A DNA stretch of 64,000 nucleotides from the human T2T-CHM13v2.0 reference genome, Homo sapiens: assembly GCF_009914755.1 (NCBI RefSeq), contig NC_060935.1. One strand, 5' to 3'. A model generated the notes under the pieces. It did no database searches. It was not told the origin of the DNA and saw only the letters and a list, made by a program, of their open reading frames with translations. The translations under genes were made by a program, and so were the position numbers. The first letter of the stretch is position 1, and each line of letters begins with the position of its first letter. Of the stretch, positions 14,071-28,009 are shown piece by piece.

Positions 14071-15099
14071 GTCCTTGAGAGATCTCTTAGATGCCTTTCC
14101 TCATTGAGGGTCCCAGAATGACACACTGTCCCCTGCACAGGGACTGGAGAAATCCTGCTGTTCAAGATGGCATAGTGCCCTGTGAACCTCAGGGTCCTTC
14201 CATGGAAGAACATCAGGGAGGAAATGAAGTACATAAAATTCACTATGCTGAGATCAGCTACAAACACATGAGTCATAAAGTTGTGCTGGCTGGTGTGGGG
14301 ATTTGAGAAACGTTTCTGTGTAATCCACTTGGGTTATTTCACAAGAATTGGCAACGCAGCAATGGTATTTAGGGTGCCTAGTGGTGCTATTCAGATTTGA
14401 ACTACACCATAAGTTTCATGTAGGCTTAATTTATTATTATTAATCTGCCATAAATTGCTGATGTGACTTTTAGCAGGCCACTTTGCTTTTCTGGCCTCTT
14501 CTTTCTACGATGGGTGGGTTAAGTTTCTCTTAACCTTCCAACTTTGTTGTTCTGACTCCCATGCAGGGAATTACATACCACTGACAGAAGGCCTGAACGA
14601 GTTAATAACCCTTCATAAGAGAGAATAGTTTACTCTGTATTAACCTCAGCTTCAGTTTCCAAATGTCAATCAATAGCAACACAACTGGATTTTTTAAAGT
14701 GAAGAGAGAGTGCCAGCTCCACTGTGCATCCTTATCCAGCACTCAGCTGTAACAGGAATGAAAAAGCACACCCGAAACAAAGACCCATTCTCTTTCCTCC
14801 TGCTCTGCCTGCAGCAAACCTGTTCCATCTAGCACTTTCTCCAAATGCTGCATTTTCCTGCTCCCAGGCCCTGGGGATGGGCAACCCAGGAGGTGGGTGC
14901 TCGAGCTCCTCCTTCTAAAAAAGTCCTGCTGAGGTCATCTGTAGGAAGTAACCTGGTCACGTCCTGGGACGCAAATTGAAAGGCACTAGCAATAGTGAGT
15001 TCATGGCTGGTTTTCTGTAAAGCCAATTCCCATTCTTAACCTCTATTTCTGTTATGCCAGCAGAATGGGGTAAGAAAAGACAAACAGAAAAGAAAGTAA

Positions 15100-15398
<299 letters not shown>

Positions 15399-16132
15399 TA
15401 AAACTTTATTCTTCTAGTATTACCTAACATGGAGCAACATCTCTGGTTCTGAGTTATTTTGCTGTACATTGTACAGAGGGCTCCACAACAAAAATGCCTT
15501 CTGTTTGTTGGTTTCAAGAGGATACAGGTTCAGAGAATGCACAGCATCACACGGTCCCTTTCCACTGGTTCAGGGCACATCATGCGCTACAGTGCACCTG
15601 CCCAGCATCGTGCTCACATTCTACATTCCAATGTCCACTTGGGTGGTATTTTCCAACCTTTTCACAAACAAGGGAATCCCAGCCTTTTATTATTTCTCCC
15701 TCCTCTGCCCATATCATGGGATGAAAGATTTTTCTTCCAAATTGCATTAATAAGTAATTAATGGAATTTAAAAATTAATCAGACACAGATAATGGCTAAT
15801 CCATGCTTCTCATCTTCACCAGAGTACCAGTGTAATTATTTTTATCATACCAGCGAAAAGCACAGAAAATTGGCCTCTCAGTGAGTTTATTCAGTCTTAT
15901 CACAGATACAGTTTGCTTTCTGATAAGCTTTTTAGAAAATTGAAGGTAGCTCAAAGAACCTCGATTATTCCTTGAACACTACATTTTGACAGGAAGCTAA
16001 GCAAGAAGAGTGTAGATTCTATTCCTTCACAAAGAAGGGGTAGATGTTTGATGCGTGGATTATCAGGCAGCAAAGGACAGAAGAATGCCTTGGCTAATGC
16101 ATGGGGCTGGAAGCTGTGGAGAGAAAGGATGA

Positions 16133-16459
<327 letters not shown>

Positions 16460-19400
16460 TCTACTTTTTTTTTTTTTAAACTACTGGTTGAGGAGGTGCA
16501 GACTAGTTGAGCCCTGGGTTCCCACTTGTCTTTCCTCTCTCTTACCTCCACCTCTTTTCTTTTTCATTTCCTACTGTCTCCAAGGTAATTGATGGTGGGA
16601 CCAGAAAGAGGATGGAGTAAAAACCATTGGAGGGAAGAGTGAACTGGGCTATCAGATTGTATGTGAGCTGAGAAGAATACACACTCTTCATTGTCTGCGA
16701 TTATTATCTAACGGTGATATGTCATCACCTTATTGCATATGTGTTATACCTCCCCAAGACCGGGCGCGTTCTTCTCTGCCTTATTCCCCTCGTGTTTCAA
16801 GACTCCATCCAGTATGGGTAGGTGCTCCTCTTCTGTGTTCAAGATATTATATTTAATTATTGGTTCATTTTTCCGACCTTCCCACTCCACTCTGCAATCC
16901 AATGAGGGCATCTCTATTCCCAGGGCCCCAGTAAAATGCTTGCATGTGATTCGTGTTCAATAAATACATTTTTAATATATTAGTGAAAATATGTGTAAAT
17001 ACATGTCAGATAAAGGACAGTGTTCCTTCTGGTTGTCAATGCAGTCATGGGACTAATGAAACAGAAAACAGGTACCACCCAAAGTTAAACTCCAGTGAGA
17101 GAATAAACAACACGCCAAAGTTCAGTAATGAAGAGCCAAATCAGAGCTGGAGACAGGGTGATAGTAGAAACCAAATAATGAATGGCAGATGCCAAGGGAT
17201 ATGGGTCCAGTTAAAGGCAACCCAGGAAGCAAGCAAGGGCAAAGGAGGTTGTGCATTCTTTAGGGGAGGGAGGCGTCTGTGGAAGGCCCTTGCCTGCCAC
17301 CTTCTCCATTCTCAGCAGTGTCCCTCAGAAGAAGCACTGCTGGTGTCACAAGGGCTGGGATGCTAACCCCTAAATCTGACAACTTTGGTGAAATTGCTAC
17401 TTTGATATCAGAGACCATGCCTTCCATGTCTTGGGTATTCCAACAATATTGTCCCACAGTGCCTTGTAGAGAGCGACACTTGGGCAAAGCCCTGATTCAA
17501 CTAAAACACAAAGCACAGTATATTCTGATAAATATGGCTGGAATTTTTGGTTCTTTTGTACACTTATGTATCCAAAAAGTTTAGACCTCTGCTTATCACA
17601 TAGTTGGTGCTCAATAAATATTTTTTGAATGAATACATGAATGCTTAAAACCTCATTGCAGGCCATTCTCCCTGTGGTCAGAATTGAGTAGTATTTCTAA
17701 TTAACCCTCAACAAGGTAGCTTATGGCTCATCAGCAAAGCAAAAGTGGATACTAAATCTTAATGCATATGGATTCATCACTTGATGAAGTGCATCAGAGC
17801 CAGACTGGTGGTGTTCAGAGAGTCTCCTTCTCAGGTAGCTTCTTTGCTCATTTCTGAAGCAATCTAAGCCTGCTCCTTTTACAAGATTTGGGTAAGTTAT
17901 AGCAGCAAGAGAACAGCTTCTTTTCTCAAATTGGTTTCTGTTCACGTCCTCTTACGCGAGAAGGAGGGCTCTGTGCCTAATGCTACATTTCAGAATTTAG
18001 AGTAAGATTCAGTGTCTGCAGCCATGCATTTTTGTCCTGAAATGTTGCCCTTGAAATCAATGACATGAAAACACAATATGAGTAGTGGAATAAATTTCAT
18101 ATGAAGTAGCATATGTGTTAAAGGCATTTACAATCCCAGAGAATGTGAGTTTACATTTCACTTGTCCTGCTACAATGCTCTATGAATTTACTCAGCTGGT
18201 TTTAATAATAATTTTTTAAGTGGTGGGAATATTTTTCTGTGTGTATATTATGGAATGAGAGACTCTTCCAACAAGAATTTAACACCAGCAGAACACATGT
18301 GTACAGATGGAAAAACATGAGTAGTTCTCTTTCATATGTTTTCCAGCCTCTCGATATGTAGAACACCACACACTGAATCAGAGCCAAAGTGCCTTTCAAA
18401 TGGGCATGCACCCTTTTTGCCAGTTGCCATGGATGATAAGATTCTACTTCCTTCCTAATATCGTTCTCCTCCTTGCACCCCATCATGATCGTTTTTGGCA
18501 TTTACAAGCCATCTCTTGCCAGGTTCTTGCCTATGCAAACATACTACTCCTCTTTCCCTTTTACAGAGGGGCTCTGGGACCCAGGGGCTGTCGGGGAGAT
18601 GTGTCCCAGAGCACTTGGACACAAGACTACAGCTATCAACCACAAATATCTTGGAGGAAATGTTTCACCACCAAAGGAAGAGCCTCAAATGTAGAGTATA
18701 TTTTTTCTCTTTCTACCATGACAGGAAGCAAGAAAGAAGAAAAAGCATTCTAAACAAAATGGTTTTGTAAATAAGAAACCAGAGGGAGGAGCTGATTTTC
18801 AGTGGGACAGAGTTCCATCTTTAACAGGTTCAGTTTGAGGGGCCTGGGAAGTCCTGGAGATAAAGGCCTGGAGCTCAGGGCAGAAATCGGGTCCATCCTG
18901 GAAAGACTAAGATTTTCAGAACCATCCACACAGAAATGGCAATTCTGGGGGAAGAAACGGGTAGGACACTAAGAGCTGAGACTGAGCTTTATGGGTCATC
19001 CACCTCTAGGAGGGTACAGGAAGAAGTATGAAAGGGGCAGAATAACTCGTAAGAGGAAGAGGAAGTACACAAGCTCATTGAATGCCATGCAAGCCACAGG
19101 AGACAGAATTTCAGGAAGCAAGGAAGTGGACCCTCAGCGATGGCAGAGGCCACAGGGGCGTCGAGAAGGTAAGGACAGGGACTTCTTTGTCTTCGTTTCT
19201 TCTCTCTTGTCCCCCAACATCATTATGTACTCCTCACTTTCTCCAGCTCCTGCCTCACTCCAATAACATTCTGATTAGAACTGCTTCTCCTGAAGGAGGC
19301 AAAAGATATGTACTATTGTTTTTGCTCTTTTATTTTTCAGAAGTATGGCCATTTTGTCACCTGTTTCTCTTCAGGACAAGGGGACAGCAGGAAACACTTG

Positions 19401-19776
19401 TGGCATATCCCCCATGTGCTAACCACTGAGTGGAGTAAAACGGTGATGAAAACATTTAAGCAGCAATGACTTCACAAAAGGCGGCAACAGAATCGTCAAG
19501 GCAGAGGAGTTGATCTTGGGAGCAGATGGCCTGTCCTCCCATCCCAGTCCTTCCACATGGCATGAGGGGCAGGTCAAATTCGCCTCTCCTTTCCTTCATA
19601 CCCTAGAAGGAAAACCCTTCCTGGCTCAGCCAGTTGTCATGAGGTCACATAAGATCTAAAGGCTGCATGAATAGGAAGTCCTGTTAAGGGGATGCCTTGC
19701 TTTTCTGTCCTGGAAGGTTCTTACCAATCGCATATCCTCTGTGAACACTCCCCCAGGACACTGCCATCTATGGTGA

Positions 19777-20126
<350 letters not shown>

Positions 20127-21002
20127 TACTTATTTCACTTTATTACTTAAGTACCCACAAGCCCAAGTGAAACAATCTCCTTGAGAAGAGCAACTGTGAC
20201 ATACACTTGTGGGATACCCACAAAGCCTGAAGCATGTGCAATTGTTAACCTGCAATAAATGCCTCTTGTGGCACCTATGATCATTCAAATCTCTTGCCAC
20301 TATTTCCCTCTGACAGTGGATCTGTTTTAAGGGACATCTTCTTGTCTTGGCCTTTGGCTAGAGTAATATTCTTGGAGCGCAGAAACCCTAAGGCATTGTT
20401 TTATAATCGCCATTCAGCATTTCCGAGCACTTTGGAAAACATGGTGCGAAGCAGCTCCTTCTTAGCATGTTACACAAGCAACGTTAAGCAAAGCAGGAAG
20501 GGGAAAACTAGAGGGAAGGATGGCCCAAACTCCTGGGGCTGACTTCTTAATCTAAGCCTTCTAATAATTACCACAAAGGAATATTTATTTTAGGAGTCTT
20601 GCATGCAACTTCATTTCTTCCTCTACTGCTTATTTTGTGACCCAGAAAATTTTACCATCCTTGCAAGAATAAAGGAGTGTCAGGTTTTCTTGCAGTAGAG
20701 ATGCTATTCCTCATCAAGGGAAATGGAAACCAAATTAAACTTTGTTCTGCAATTTTAAAAACATATCTCAAATGCAAGCCAACAAAAATCTCCCTGGGTC
20801 TAGTTGCATTAATTTTTGTATGATGTGCAAAGCAAACCACTGTAGTAGCCCCTGGCTGCAAAAACCCATAGAGGTACCACAGACCTTGTCATACAGTCTA
20901 AAAAATCAGAAGACGTGGGTTTACCACCATCTTTCTCCACTTTAGCAATATTTGTCCTTAGCATAACAAGGACATGGAAAGTCAGTGTCTTAATGCATGT
21001 AG

Positions 21003-21346
<344 letters not shown>

Positions 21347-23359
21347 TAAACCTCAGTTCTATAACTTACCTATTGTGAATGCAAAATATAGGTTGCCTCT
21401 AATTCACATAACACATTGGAGAATAGGAGCATAGGGAAAAAAAGACTCCTCAATGTGTATAGTGCTTTATTGTTTAGAATATGCAATCACTGGAATTATC
21501 TCCTTTAATCCCTATATCTACCTTTTGAGGTAAGTATGAGGACCCAAATTTTACTCAAGAAGATGCGGTTCAGAGATGCTGGGTCATTAGCCCAAAATCC
21601 TTGAAGAAGTCATTGTCAAAGCCAGTACTTAAAGCAAGGTTAAATCTCCTGGGAAATCCACACTTATTTAACCCCACAAAGTTGTCTCCATATAAAAACT
21701 TAATATTTGTTACAATCCATCTTTATGGAAAGATAGATTTCAATGTTTAACTCAGAAAACTGAATAAGCTGTCAATCACTGAATGCTTACTGTAATATGC
21801 TAGATACTATATTATGCGATTTATATACATTATTACACTTAATCCTAAAATGATTCTGAGAAAATAATTAAGTGTTTTAGGGAGTAAAGCAGGGGACTCA
21901 TCTTGAGGTAGGAGAGAGCTAAGGTACCCTGGATCTATTCTGCGGTGCTGCTGATGGTCAGTAGGAAGGACCGCTTTTGGATGGGGCACAGAGTCTTCTT
22001 GCCACTCTATGAAACCCTTCAACACAGCTCTGGTCCTGTGAGGGGCCTATGAGAAAATGGAAAAGGTGAGACCACCTTTTCGAAGCCTAGTCTTGTTGTA
22101 ACTGAACCATGTCTGATGAGGAGGATAGGTGTTGGCAGTTATGGAAATGGCATCAAGGGCTCCTAATTAAGGCCACCAGGTAGTGGGAAGGAAGTAGCTC
22201 TGGTTGTTGAGGGCTGGATGAATGTCAGGCACTTTAATCTTTCCAGGGTTTAAAGGGGCTTGGAGGAGCTTCAATGTAGTGATACCGATAGGTGTGAGAT
22301 CAAAATCAAAGAATTTTCCTGATCGGCATACCACCAGGCAGGGAAAAGAATGACTGAGCACGCTATATGCCAAGCACCATCCTAGGCACTAAAAATACGG
22401 AGATAAAAAGGAGAACATATTTTTACCTTTGTAGGACTTAGGGTCTAATAAGGAATAAATATACCATTCATGGTCCTTTTTCAGGTCACCATGCCTGGAG
22501 AGGCCAGAGTCACATATGTAAAACAGACATGAAAATCTATCAGGAGAATGTCATTTTACTGAAAGTCTCTCCAGATATACTGCTGGTTTAACTCTTGATT
22601 GAACCATAAAAGTGAAGTCACCCCCAAATTGCATGGTGTTCTCAATTACTTGAGTTCAGCTGTCACTGGCAGGAGGCCCTTTGAGGATTATGAATCATTA
22701 CCTGTATCATGTTATTAAATGGGAAAAATATGTTCTAATAGAATGTGACTGTCAATTTTCAGGGGCATTACAGTCCCCTGGGAACTAAACTGCATCACAA
22801 GAGGACAGGCATGTCACCGGGAAAGAAGCAGGCATGCATGTGATATGTACAATCATTCCTTTTCACAACATACGTGGTAATGAGGTAGGTTTTATCCAAA
22901 ATAGCATAGGAGTACTTGCAGACAACCGTCCAAGTGACAGGCCACTGCCAAAGTTACAAGGTATGTCAATGTTTAATACTAAAAATCTGACAATGTGGTG
23001 GGGGATGGGTTTTTATTTGGGGCTGAGTCTTCCCCAGGCCATAAAATACACCTAGAAATATACTCTTTTTCATAGAAAAGCTGCAATCACATTCAGTCTC
23101 TTTCTATTATTTTCAAATACCTTTGTGTCTGACCTAAACATTTGTCCTGAAATTATTAGCAACTCCAAGCCTACATTTTGTCAAAAGGATTTCCATGAAA
23201 GATAGGATAAGGCATGGGGTGTGGGAGAGAAGTGAGCATTTGAGAGTGGAAATATAGTTTGGGAATAATTAATTTCTTCATGTTGGAATTCACAGACAGT
23301 GGCGTTTTTGAGGGAATTTTTGAGGGAAGTAGAAAAAATTGAATATCTGGAGACCTTAG

Positions 23360-23360
<1 letters not shown>

Positions 23361-23408
<48 letters not shown>
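23361..23408. repeat. (TG)24 microsatellite
   Basis: Uninterrupted TG run. Confidence 0.97.
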
Positions 23409-23411
<3 letters not shown>

Positions 23412-25635
23412 AAATAAGATCCTCTACCTGGGATACAATTTAAATCCTGATGAGATCTACAATTTTGTACTCTTTAAATTAAAAAAAAAATAAATATCAC
23501 AATTCATATAAGCGTTTCTTTCTGGGAATTTTTCTTTCTTTTTTTTCTTTTTTTTTTGCTGACACAGCCAGGCTGAGACATCAACACCTACAAAAACTGT
23601 GGGAAAACACATTAAAAGTGATTAGAAAAACAATAAAAGACATCCGTGGGTTTGTGCAACTCTCTCAGACAGTTTTATGAGGAGGATCAAAGATGTGGGC
23701 CTCGACTCTGTGATAAACCGAGGTCGGCTGCCATGATGAGGACATGGTTTCACATGAGTGCCTTGTTTTTAATGCCCGTGGAGAGAGAGCAGGCGCACAG
23801 CATCTGACTGAGTGAAGGGCCACCTCTCTGAAATCACCCCTGACTTTGATCAGGAGGCAGAGCCAGGGGTGGAACAAATATATTTGATCTGAAGAGTTAA
23901 ATTCTCCCTCAGCCAGCTTTTTAGGAATGACCTTACTGTGCACTAGGTCACCAGCCACAGAGAAACATCAGTTCCTCCCTGGCATATGTCAGGAAATGGC
24001 TGCAGGAGTGATTGCCTCTGAGGGGGAAAAGGGAGCTGTACAACCAATCGCCTAAAACTACCAACACCACATGGAATCAGGGGATGTCACAAAAGCCAGC
24101 TTTAATCAAGCTTGATTGTGGAAAACATAAAAACATACGCAGCTGCAGCACAATATCTTATTAATCGTCACCAGTGTTCCAAGAGGTAGGTGTTAATTGT
24201 CTCTTGTGCTTCTCTGGGTATGTCTGGTAGCCGGTTTTGCTGTTAACTTGAACACGGATTAGATGTGAGGAAGAACAAAAGGATCAGGAGGATTTCTAGG
24301 CAACACAATCTCTTATAAAATGGCATGGCTATTGGGGGAAGAAGATAATGCTTTGCAGAATTCTAATTTTGACCCTCTTCTGAAAAAGGAATCCAATTTT
24401 AATAATCATTGCCCGATGAAATGGTCACCCTTGCAGTGCTGCAGGCTGTACACGTGCCTGAATTTGATTAGACGGCATCCCGAGAAAGGGTTCATCTGCT
24501 TTTGTCTCTGGGTGATTACGTCTGTGCAAGTGTCTGTCAAGTCTGAATTATTCTGCCTCACATTATATTTCTGCCCAGCAACATAGTGCTGCATGTTGTG
24601 ACAATGACCTTACCTTCCAAACACCTTTCAAACAAAATGTCTGGTTCACCCCGGCTCATTATAACTAGATATGCCAACTGTTATCCTTCAATCTGAAAAG
24701 AGAGAAATAGTTCAGATGTCCAAAAGGAAGGATATGAATAGATGTTACAGAAGCCAGAGAATGGAGAAAATACACAGGATCAAGTAACAATATCAAAGAG
24801 AAAAATATGACTTCGAGGTCCACAGCCTTCTCTTTTTTGTTCTTTACCTTCCAGTCCTTCCTTATTTCTTTAACCCCCTCCTCCCAAACTCTTAATGATG
24901 TCAAGATTTCTGTTTCTTCCCTCTCAAACCTACATATAGGAAAGAATGTAAGATGAAAAATGGGATCAGATGGCCGAGACTTAAGTCCAGGCTGCTTCCC
25001 TAATCAGCTTGGGACTCTGCAAAAGTCAGGATCCTGCTCCAGGTCTCTGAAGGTTAGATGATATTTCAGACTCTTCTGGCCACAAAACAAAAATAAAAAA
25101 CAAAAAGCCAGCAACCATCACTCCTACTTCAAGCCATTTTAGTATATGTGGTCTAGGAGGGACCTGGGAAGCCACCAAGGTCCAAGATGCTGCTTTCCCC
25201 TCCAACTCTCTTTCACTCTTTCATGCCACTCTCAGGACATCTGTGTTTCCCTTGATGCTCCATTCTCCTTTCACTGCCAACTTGTCAGTTTCTCAGAGAA
25301 GAGCCACCTTGGTTCAGGTACCAATCCATGGTTCAGCCAGTGGCCACCTTGGCCAACTAGGAGCTGACATTGCTTTCTAGCCACAAGGGCTCCAGACAGG
25401 ACCATCAATCAGAAAAGGATAGTAGGGAAAAGCAGGTACTATAACCATAGTGGTTTCAAAATCTATTCTCAAGGTCCATTCGAAACTAAGAAACCATGAC
25501 TTTGAGAAATAAGGTTTTGGATCCCCTTCTGGAGTAATACTGAAGAATGCAGAATTGCCTAAGAAGGTCATAGCTGAAGACCTAGTGTGGGCAGTAGTGA
25601 TACCAAAGAAGCCAAAAAAAAGGCTGCTGTAAGTT

Positions 25636-26190
25636 TGTGATGGATGGTGTTTTTCTAAAGGACCACAGCAATACCTCCATTTCATAGGCTCTTCTGGCGA
25701 TGTGATTTTGACACTCCTCCCCCTGAGAGGTGGGTCTACGTTCCCTCCTCTCGAATCAGAGCCAGAATGTGTGACTTCTCTGACCAACAAAATAGAGTGG
25801 CAGTAATGCTCTGTGACTTCCAAGGCTAGGTTATAAAAAGGATACAGTTTCCACTTGGCTCTCTTTTTCAGGATGCTTATGCTGGGAATCCAGCCACTAT
25901 GTTGTGAAGAAGCCTGGGTCACAGAGAGAGACTACATGTAGGTGTTCTGGCTGACTGCTCAAGTTAAGATCTCAGCCAACAGCCAGCAGCAACCACTAAA
26001 CATGTGAGTGAGAGAACCTTCATATGACTCCAGTCCCTTGGTCTGTAAGCTGCTCCATCAGAAGCCAAAGGGAGCCAATCTGGACTGACTCCTGCTCAAA
26101 TTATAGGCTCAAGGGCAAAACAGATGTTGTCATTGCTTGAAACCAGTAGGTTTTGGGGCAATTTGTTATGCAGTTATAGGAACTGGTACC
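25636..26190 (+). mobile_element. MLT1 (MaLR, MLT1G/H-like) solo LTR
   Basis: TGTGACTTCCAAGGCTAGGTTATAAAAAGG, CAGCCAACAGCCAGCAGCAACCAC...CATGTGAGTGAG and terminal TTTTGGGGCAATTTGTTATGCAGTTATAGGAACTGGTAC are MLT1 hallmarks. Confidence 0.8.
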
Positions 26191-26670
26191 TTCATGCGTG
26201 TCCGTGTGAAGAGACCACCAAACAGGCTTTGTGTGAGCAATAAAGCTGTTTATTTCACCTGGGTACAGGCGGGCTGAGTCCGAAAAGAGTCAGCGAAGGG
26301 AGATAAGGGTGGGGCCGTTTTATAGGATTTGTATAGGTAAAGGAAAATTACAGTCAAAGGGGGTTTGTTCTCTGGCGGGTAGGAGTGGGGGTCACAAGGT
26401 GCTCAGTGGGCAGGAGTGGGGGTCGCAAGGTGCTCAGTGGGGGTGCTTTCTGAGCCAGGATGAGCCAGGAAAAGGACTTTCACAAGGTAATGTCATCAGT
26501 TAAGGCAAGGACCGGCCATTTACACTTCTTTTGTGGTGTAATATCATCAGTTAAGGTGGGGCAGGGCATATTCACTTCTTTTGTGATTCTTCAGTTACTT
26601 CAGGCCACTGGGCGTATACGTGCAAGTCACAGGGGATGTGATGGCTTGGTTTGGGCTCAGAGGCCTGACA
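26191..26670 (-). mobile_element. HERV-H solo LTR (LTR7)
   Basis: Minus strand begins TGTCAGGCCTCTGAGCCCAA and ends CTCTTCACACGGACACGCATGAA; TATA (CCTATAAAACGGCCCC) and AATAAA present; TSD GTACC at 26186-26190 and 26671-26675; no His-tRNA PBS or internal sequence adjacent. Confidence 0.96.
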
Positions 26671-27920
26671 GTACCTCCACTATGTTACAAATTTCACCTA
26701 AGAAGAAGGCAGACACACCTCCAGAAAAAGTACAAGTCTAGTGGTTAAATACTGGTGACCCTATAAGGCAGGAGCTGCTTAGCTACTACTTGTCTTATCT
26801 CTGCAATGCTTCATGAGAGGATAATTGGGAGTTGGCTCTCCAGATCGAGACTATTTTTTTCTCCTTCACAATAACTTAAAATCTCTGCCTTTCTTTTGAA
26901 CCTATGCAAACATCAGCAGTATACTTTGTGCAACTATATTAATAACCAAAAAACTTTCTATTAATAGGAAAATCTTCCTTTACTTTCTTTTCTCCTTGCC
27001 CTACCACCCCCTTCAAGTCTTTACAACGTTGAGAATAAGCTCCTAAGATGCAAAAAAATTACAGCTTTTGGCCAAGTGTCAAGGAGAGCTGACATCATAT
27101 AGAAGAATGGTCATTAATAGTCAACACTCATCCATAGTGGCCTCACACACTGGGCAATGAATGCTGATGGCCATCAGTGACCATCATATCCCAAACTGAA
27201 AAGATACTGAGTATCTTTTCTACTGATACTGAAGATACTGAGTATGCTTCACTAAAGCAATAGAACGCTTTAGTGAAATGCACGATCACTGATCAATTCT
27301 TTTCTACATTTGTCCTCAGCCATTTTTTTCTTTATATAATATCACAACCACTATCTAATTCAGCGAAAATCTTCCCTTTTATTGTAAATTTCCTAAACTC
27401 AGTTTTATGTCTCATCTTGGCTCCCTTAAATGTTAGAATTACTTTTTCATTTGCAGTAGGTATGAGGAAAAAAGACAAACTAATTTTCAAAAGACGTGGT
27501 GGAAAATGGATTGTAAATTCAAAGACCTGAGCTTTAGTCCTACTCCTTTGCTGAAGTTTCTTGTGTGATTCTCTGCGTGCCTCCGTTTTAATTTCTATAA
27601 AATTGAATATAAGGTCTGCCTTACCTGCCTCCCAGGTTTTGGTTTGTTTGCTTTGTTAAATAGGTATAAAAGCACTTTGGAAAATGTAATGTTCTACAAA
27701 TATCGAAACAATGGGTCTGAGGATAAAAACAACCAACTATATGAAATTTTAGGTACTCCTAGTCCAGAGCCTTACGCATTCAACAAATATCTATTTAGGG
27801 CTTACTGTGTATCAGGCAGATCGCTAGGCACTTGCCTATGTACCAACAGGTTTCATGTCTTCCCTGGTTTCCTTCCCCACAAATTGACCTCTCATCTGAT
27901 TGACATGATTTCCCTCATCA

Positions 27921-27998
27921 TAGAATTAAACTACAAAAGCAGGGTATTGCTACTAGATGTAGAATTAAAGCACAAAGGCAGGGTATTGCTACTAGAAG
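27921..27998. repeat. 39-bp tandem duplication (2 copies)
   Basis: TAGAATTAAACTACAAAAGCAGGGTATTGCTACTAGATG / TAGAATTAAAGCACAAAGGCAGGGTATTGCTACTAGAAG. Confidence 0.9.
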
Positions 27999-28009
27999 TA
28001 GGTTAAATT

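Noticed and set aside
25377-25922. Longest ORF in the window (181 aa, minus strand)
   Set aside because: Non-ATG start, half of it is antisense MLT1 LTR, and there is no recognisable domain.
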